From: an uncultured Gemmatimonadaceae bacterium
GTDB lineage: Bacteria > Gemmatimonadota > Gemmatimonadetes > Gemmatimonadales > Gemmatimonadaceae
DNA length: 64,000 nt
Direction: 5' to 3'
Assembly: GCA_963817955.1 (NCBI GenBank)
Contig: CAWFQK010000001.1
Location: 224,001 to 288,000 of the forward strand
Shown here one piece after another: positions 61,444-64,000 of this stretch. Made by a program: the position numbers and the translations under genes. The notes beneath the pieces are model-generated. The model ran no database searches. It was not told the origin of the DNA and saw only the letters and a list, made by a program, of their open reading frames with translations. How positions within the stretch are numbered: the first letter of the stretch is position 1; each line of letters opens with the position of its first letter.

Positions 61444-62517
61444 TTAACACAGATGCACCGCCATCGCCTTGAACCCGACGACCACTTCGTGCCCGACGTC
61501 GAGCTGCAGCTCGCGTACGGAACGCGCCGTGACTGCGGCCACGATGGGAATGCCGCTGACATCGACCGCAACGCGCGTCAACGCGCCCGCCGGGACGATC
61601 TCGATGATATGACCACGGAATTGGTTCTGCACCGAGGACATGGCGGGTTCGGCAGACAGCGAGATCTCTTCAGCGCGAATCACGGCGTGTGTTGGACCGG
61701 GCACGACATCGCCCAGTGCGTAAAAGGTGAGCGCGCCGGTGGTGAACGCTACGGCAAGCTGCATGAATTCGTTCTCCGTGCCCTCCACCCAATCAGGCGG
61801 CTCCGAGCGAATGGGGCGGGCCACGCCGGCGAATACGTTCTCGGCACCGAGGAAGTCGGCGATGTACGGACTCGCCGGTTTGCGAAACACCTGCTCGGGA
61901 TCGCCTTGCTGCACCACGCGGCCCCGATCCAGAACGATCGCGACGTTGCCAAGCAGGCCCGCTTCGGCAAAGTCGTGCGTCACGTGCAGTACCGTGAAAC
62001 GTTGCTCATAGTAGATGGTACGCAGTACGCGCCGGGCAATGTTGCGCGTCCGCGGATCGAGCGCACTGAACGGTTCGTCGAGCAGCAATACGTCGGGCTG
62101 GCGAGCCAAGGCGCGAGCGAGCGCGACGAGTTGCCGCTCGCCGCCGCTCAACGATGCAGCCGTGCGGTCCGCGAGGACGTCGATACCGAAGCGACCGCTC
62201 ATGTCAGCCGCCACGGCGGCGTTCGCCGCACCGTAGAGCACGTTCTCGTGCACGGAGAGGTGCGGAAAGAGGTACGCATGCTGGTAGACGATTCCCAGCC
62301 GACGCAACTCCGGCGGGGCATGCGTGAGGTCATTTCCCCCCAACAGGATCTTGCCGGACGTGGCGCGAATGACGCCGGCTATCGTCTCGAGGAGCGTCGT
62401 CTTTCCCGATCCCGCGGGGCCGATGACGACACCATAGCCGCCCTGCGGCACGCCGAACGACACGTCGGTCAGCCGGAACTTCCCGGCGCGCGCGTTGACC
62501 CGCTCCAGGGTGATCAC
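61444..62517 (-). CDS. Molybdate/tungstate ABC ATPase with TOBE domain (WtpC-like)
   Basis: GPAGSGKT, LSGGE, LLLDEP and a C-terminal TOBE domain. Confidence 0.88.
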   Translation of the reverse strand: MITLERVNARAGKFRLTDVSFGVPQGGYGVVIGPAGSGKTTLLETIAGVIRATSGKILLGGNDLTHAPPELRRLGIVYQHAYLFPHLSVHENVLYGAANAAVAADMSGRFGIDVLADRTAASLSGGERQLVALARALARQPDVLLLDEPFSALDPRTRNIARRVLRTIYYEQRFTVLHVTHDFAEAGLLGNVAIVLDRGRVVQQGDPEQVFRKPASPYIADFLGAENVFAGVARPIRSEPPDWVEGTENEFMQLAVAFTTGALTFYALGDVVPGPTHAVIRAEEISLSAEPAMSSVQNQFRGHIIEIVPAGALTRVAVDVSGIPIVAAVTARSVRELQLDVGHEVVVGFKAMAVHLC

Positions 62518-63317
62518 GCGTCGCCTGCGCGCAGAGCGCGCAACGCGGCCAGTGGCACGAGAGCTAGGATTACCAGCACCGCCGCGACCGGGAGCGCTTC
62601 ACTCAATCCGAAGCCACTGAACCGATCGTAGCTCAGCACGCTCACCACTTTGGGATTGTAGGTGAGGATGACGATCGCGCCGAACTCACTCACCGCACGT
62701 GCCCACATGACCACCGCAGCAGCGGTGAGTCCTCGCGCTGACAACGGCAGCGTCACGCGGCGAAATGCGCGCCATGCGTCGTCGCCAAGCGTGCGCGCCA
62801 CCCACTCGTAGCGCACGTCCACACGCGCGAACGTCTCGCGCGCCGCGCTCACGTACAGCGGCGCCGACACGAACAGCATGGCGCAGACGATACCCACCGG
62901 TGAACCCGCCACGCGCAGTCCCGCCGCATAGAGTACCGACCCGATGGGGCTGCCGCGGCCGAGCACCAGAAGAAGCGCGATGCCGGCGACAGAATGCGGG
63001 ATGACGATCGGCAGATCCAGCATTGCGCCGAGCACGGCACGACCCGGGAAGGAGCGCCGGGCCAGCAGGTAGGCGATCGGCGTCGCACCCAGCACACCGA
63101 GTATCGTGGCGATCGTCGCCGTGACGACGGTGAGCAGCAACGACGCGCGCAACTCGTGGTCAGTGAGGAGGCTCGCCAGTCCGCGACGGCCGCCGGCAGA
63201 CACGAGGCCAATGACCGGCGCCAGGATAAAAATGAGAAAGAGCGATGACAGAACCGCGACGACGACGGCGATCGCCGCCCGCTGTGTCGCGCTCGAGCGG
63301 TGCGGGCTGACAGACAT
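62514..63317 (-). CDS. Molybdate/tungstate ABC permease (WtpB-like)
   Basis: DLPIVIPHSVAGIALL and WARAVSEFGAIV; start uncertain. Confidence 0.88.
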   Translation of the reverse strand: MSVSPHRSSATQRAAIAVVVAVLSSLFLIFILAPVIGLVSAGGRRGLASLLTDHELRASLLLTVVTATIATILGVLGATPIAYLLARRSFPGRAVLGAMLDLPIVIPHSVAGIALLLVLGRGSPIGSVLYAAGLRVAGSPVGIVCAMLFVSAPLYVSAARETFARVDVRYEWVARTLGDDAWRAFRRVTLPLSARGLTAAAVVMWARAVSEFGAIVILTYNPKVVSVLSYDRFSGFGLSEALPVAAVLVILALVPLAALRALRAGDA

Positions 63318-63327
63318 ATCGGGCAGG

Positions 63328-64000
63328 CTATGGTCTGGAAGCGCCATGAAGTTCGGCTGGACCGCCGGAGCCGATGACGAGCGGGTGGTCCAGCATGTCG
63401 ACATGCGCATCACGAAGCTGCCGAATGACGGCGGGCGACATCAGGTAGTCGAGAAAACGTCGCGCGGCGGCGGCGTGCGGCGCGGCGGTCGGAATGCTCA
63501 AGCCGTACAGTATGGGTTGTCCCGGCAGCACCACTTCTTGTCCGGGCGTGCTGCCACGCACGCGTACTGACACGCGCGCATAATCGGCGGTGCGCTTGGG
63601 ATCTCCCAGGTCGATGGCCGGCGGCAAGGGAATGAACCGGAACCCATTTGCCTCTGCGACCGATTGGTAGTCGTATATGTAATCGAGCTCTCCAGCCGCG
63701 AGCAGCGCCGCGAGTTCGGCCGCGTTTGGGCGAATGTTACGCGGTGGAGCGTGTGCGAGCAGTGATGACGCGAGCCTCCGTTGGCCGTAGTATCGCTCGG
63801 CGAGATCGAATAGGAGCAGAGTGCGATAGCCCACGGGCGCGATATTCGGGTCTGTTCGGCCAACTTCGACATCGCGACGCTGAACGATTGAGATCCAGTT
63901 GGCGGGGGTGATCTCGTTTGCGTACTTCGATCGCGGCGTGTACGCCAGCACCAGACGGTTGCGCGCGAAGTCGGCATACCAGGTTGCGTAGGCCGGAACG
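63328..64000 (-). CDS. WtpA-like tungstate/molybdate-binding protein (5' end outside the window)
   Basis: FARNRLVLAYT, RTDPNIAPVGYRT, ELDYIYDYQSVA and PILYGLSIP. Confidence 0.8.
   Translation of the reverse strand, partial: VPAYATWYADFARNRLVLAYTPRSKYANEITPANWISIVQRRDVEVGRTDPNIAPVGYRTLLLFDLAERYYGQRRLASSLLAHAPPRNIRPNAAELAALLAAGELDYIYDYQSVAEANGFRFIPLPPAIDLGDPKRTADYARVSVRVRGSTPGQEVVLPGQPILYGLSIPTAAPHAAAARRFLDYLMSPAVIRQLRDAHVDMLDHPLVIGSGGPAELHGASRP

Noticed and set aside
61396..62631. 411-aa plus-strand ORF
   Set aside because: Antisense to the ABC ATPase gene.

Overview
GC-rich bacterial chromosomal window. It is most likely Gemmatimonadota, inferred from the gene repertoire: PadR plus duplicated MacB/FtsX permease, a VPS10/BNR protein, a short-leader type IV pilin and TolB/TPR proteins. 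The left end holds a four-gene minus-strand DNA end-processing cluster: Mre11/SbcD-like nuclease, Rad50/YhaN-like ATPase (apparently frameshifted), AddB-like Fe-S nuclease and AddA/UvrD-like helicase. The accessory region from about 9 to 36 kb carries LytS/LytTR, ECF-sigma and PadR modules plus hydrolases. It also contains several internally deleted pseudogenes, a family of 17-bp-unit repeat arrays forming two inverted pairs (one with perfect 112-bp arms), a secreted JAB-like protein between one pair, and a pilin gene with an inverted partial copy. The right half is core-like: pepT, a hybrid kinase, rnd, ferredoxin, yhbY, sufBCD-sufU-sufS with an IscR-type site upstream, and a Wtp-type tungstate/molybdate ABC transporter. 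I saw no rRNA, tRNA, CRISPR array, transposase or integrase. All family calls come from motif recognition by eye; no database searches were run.
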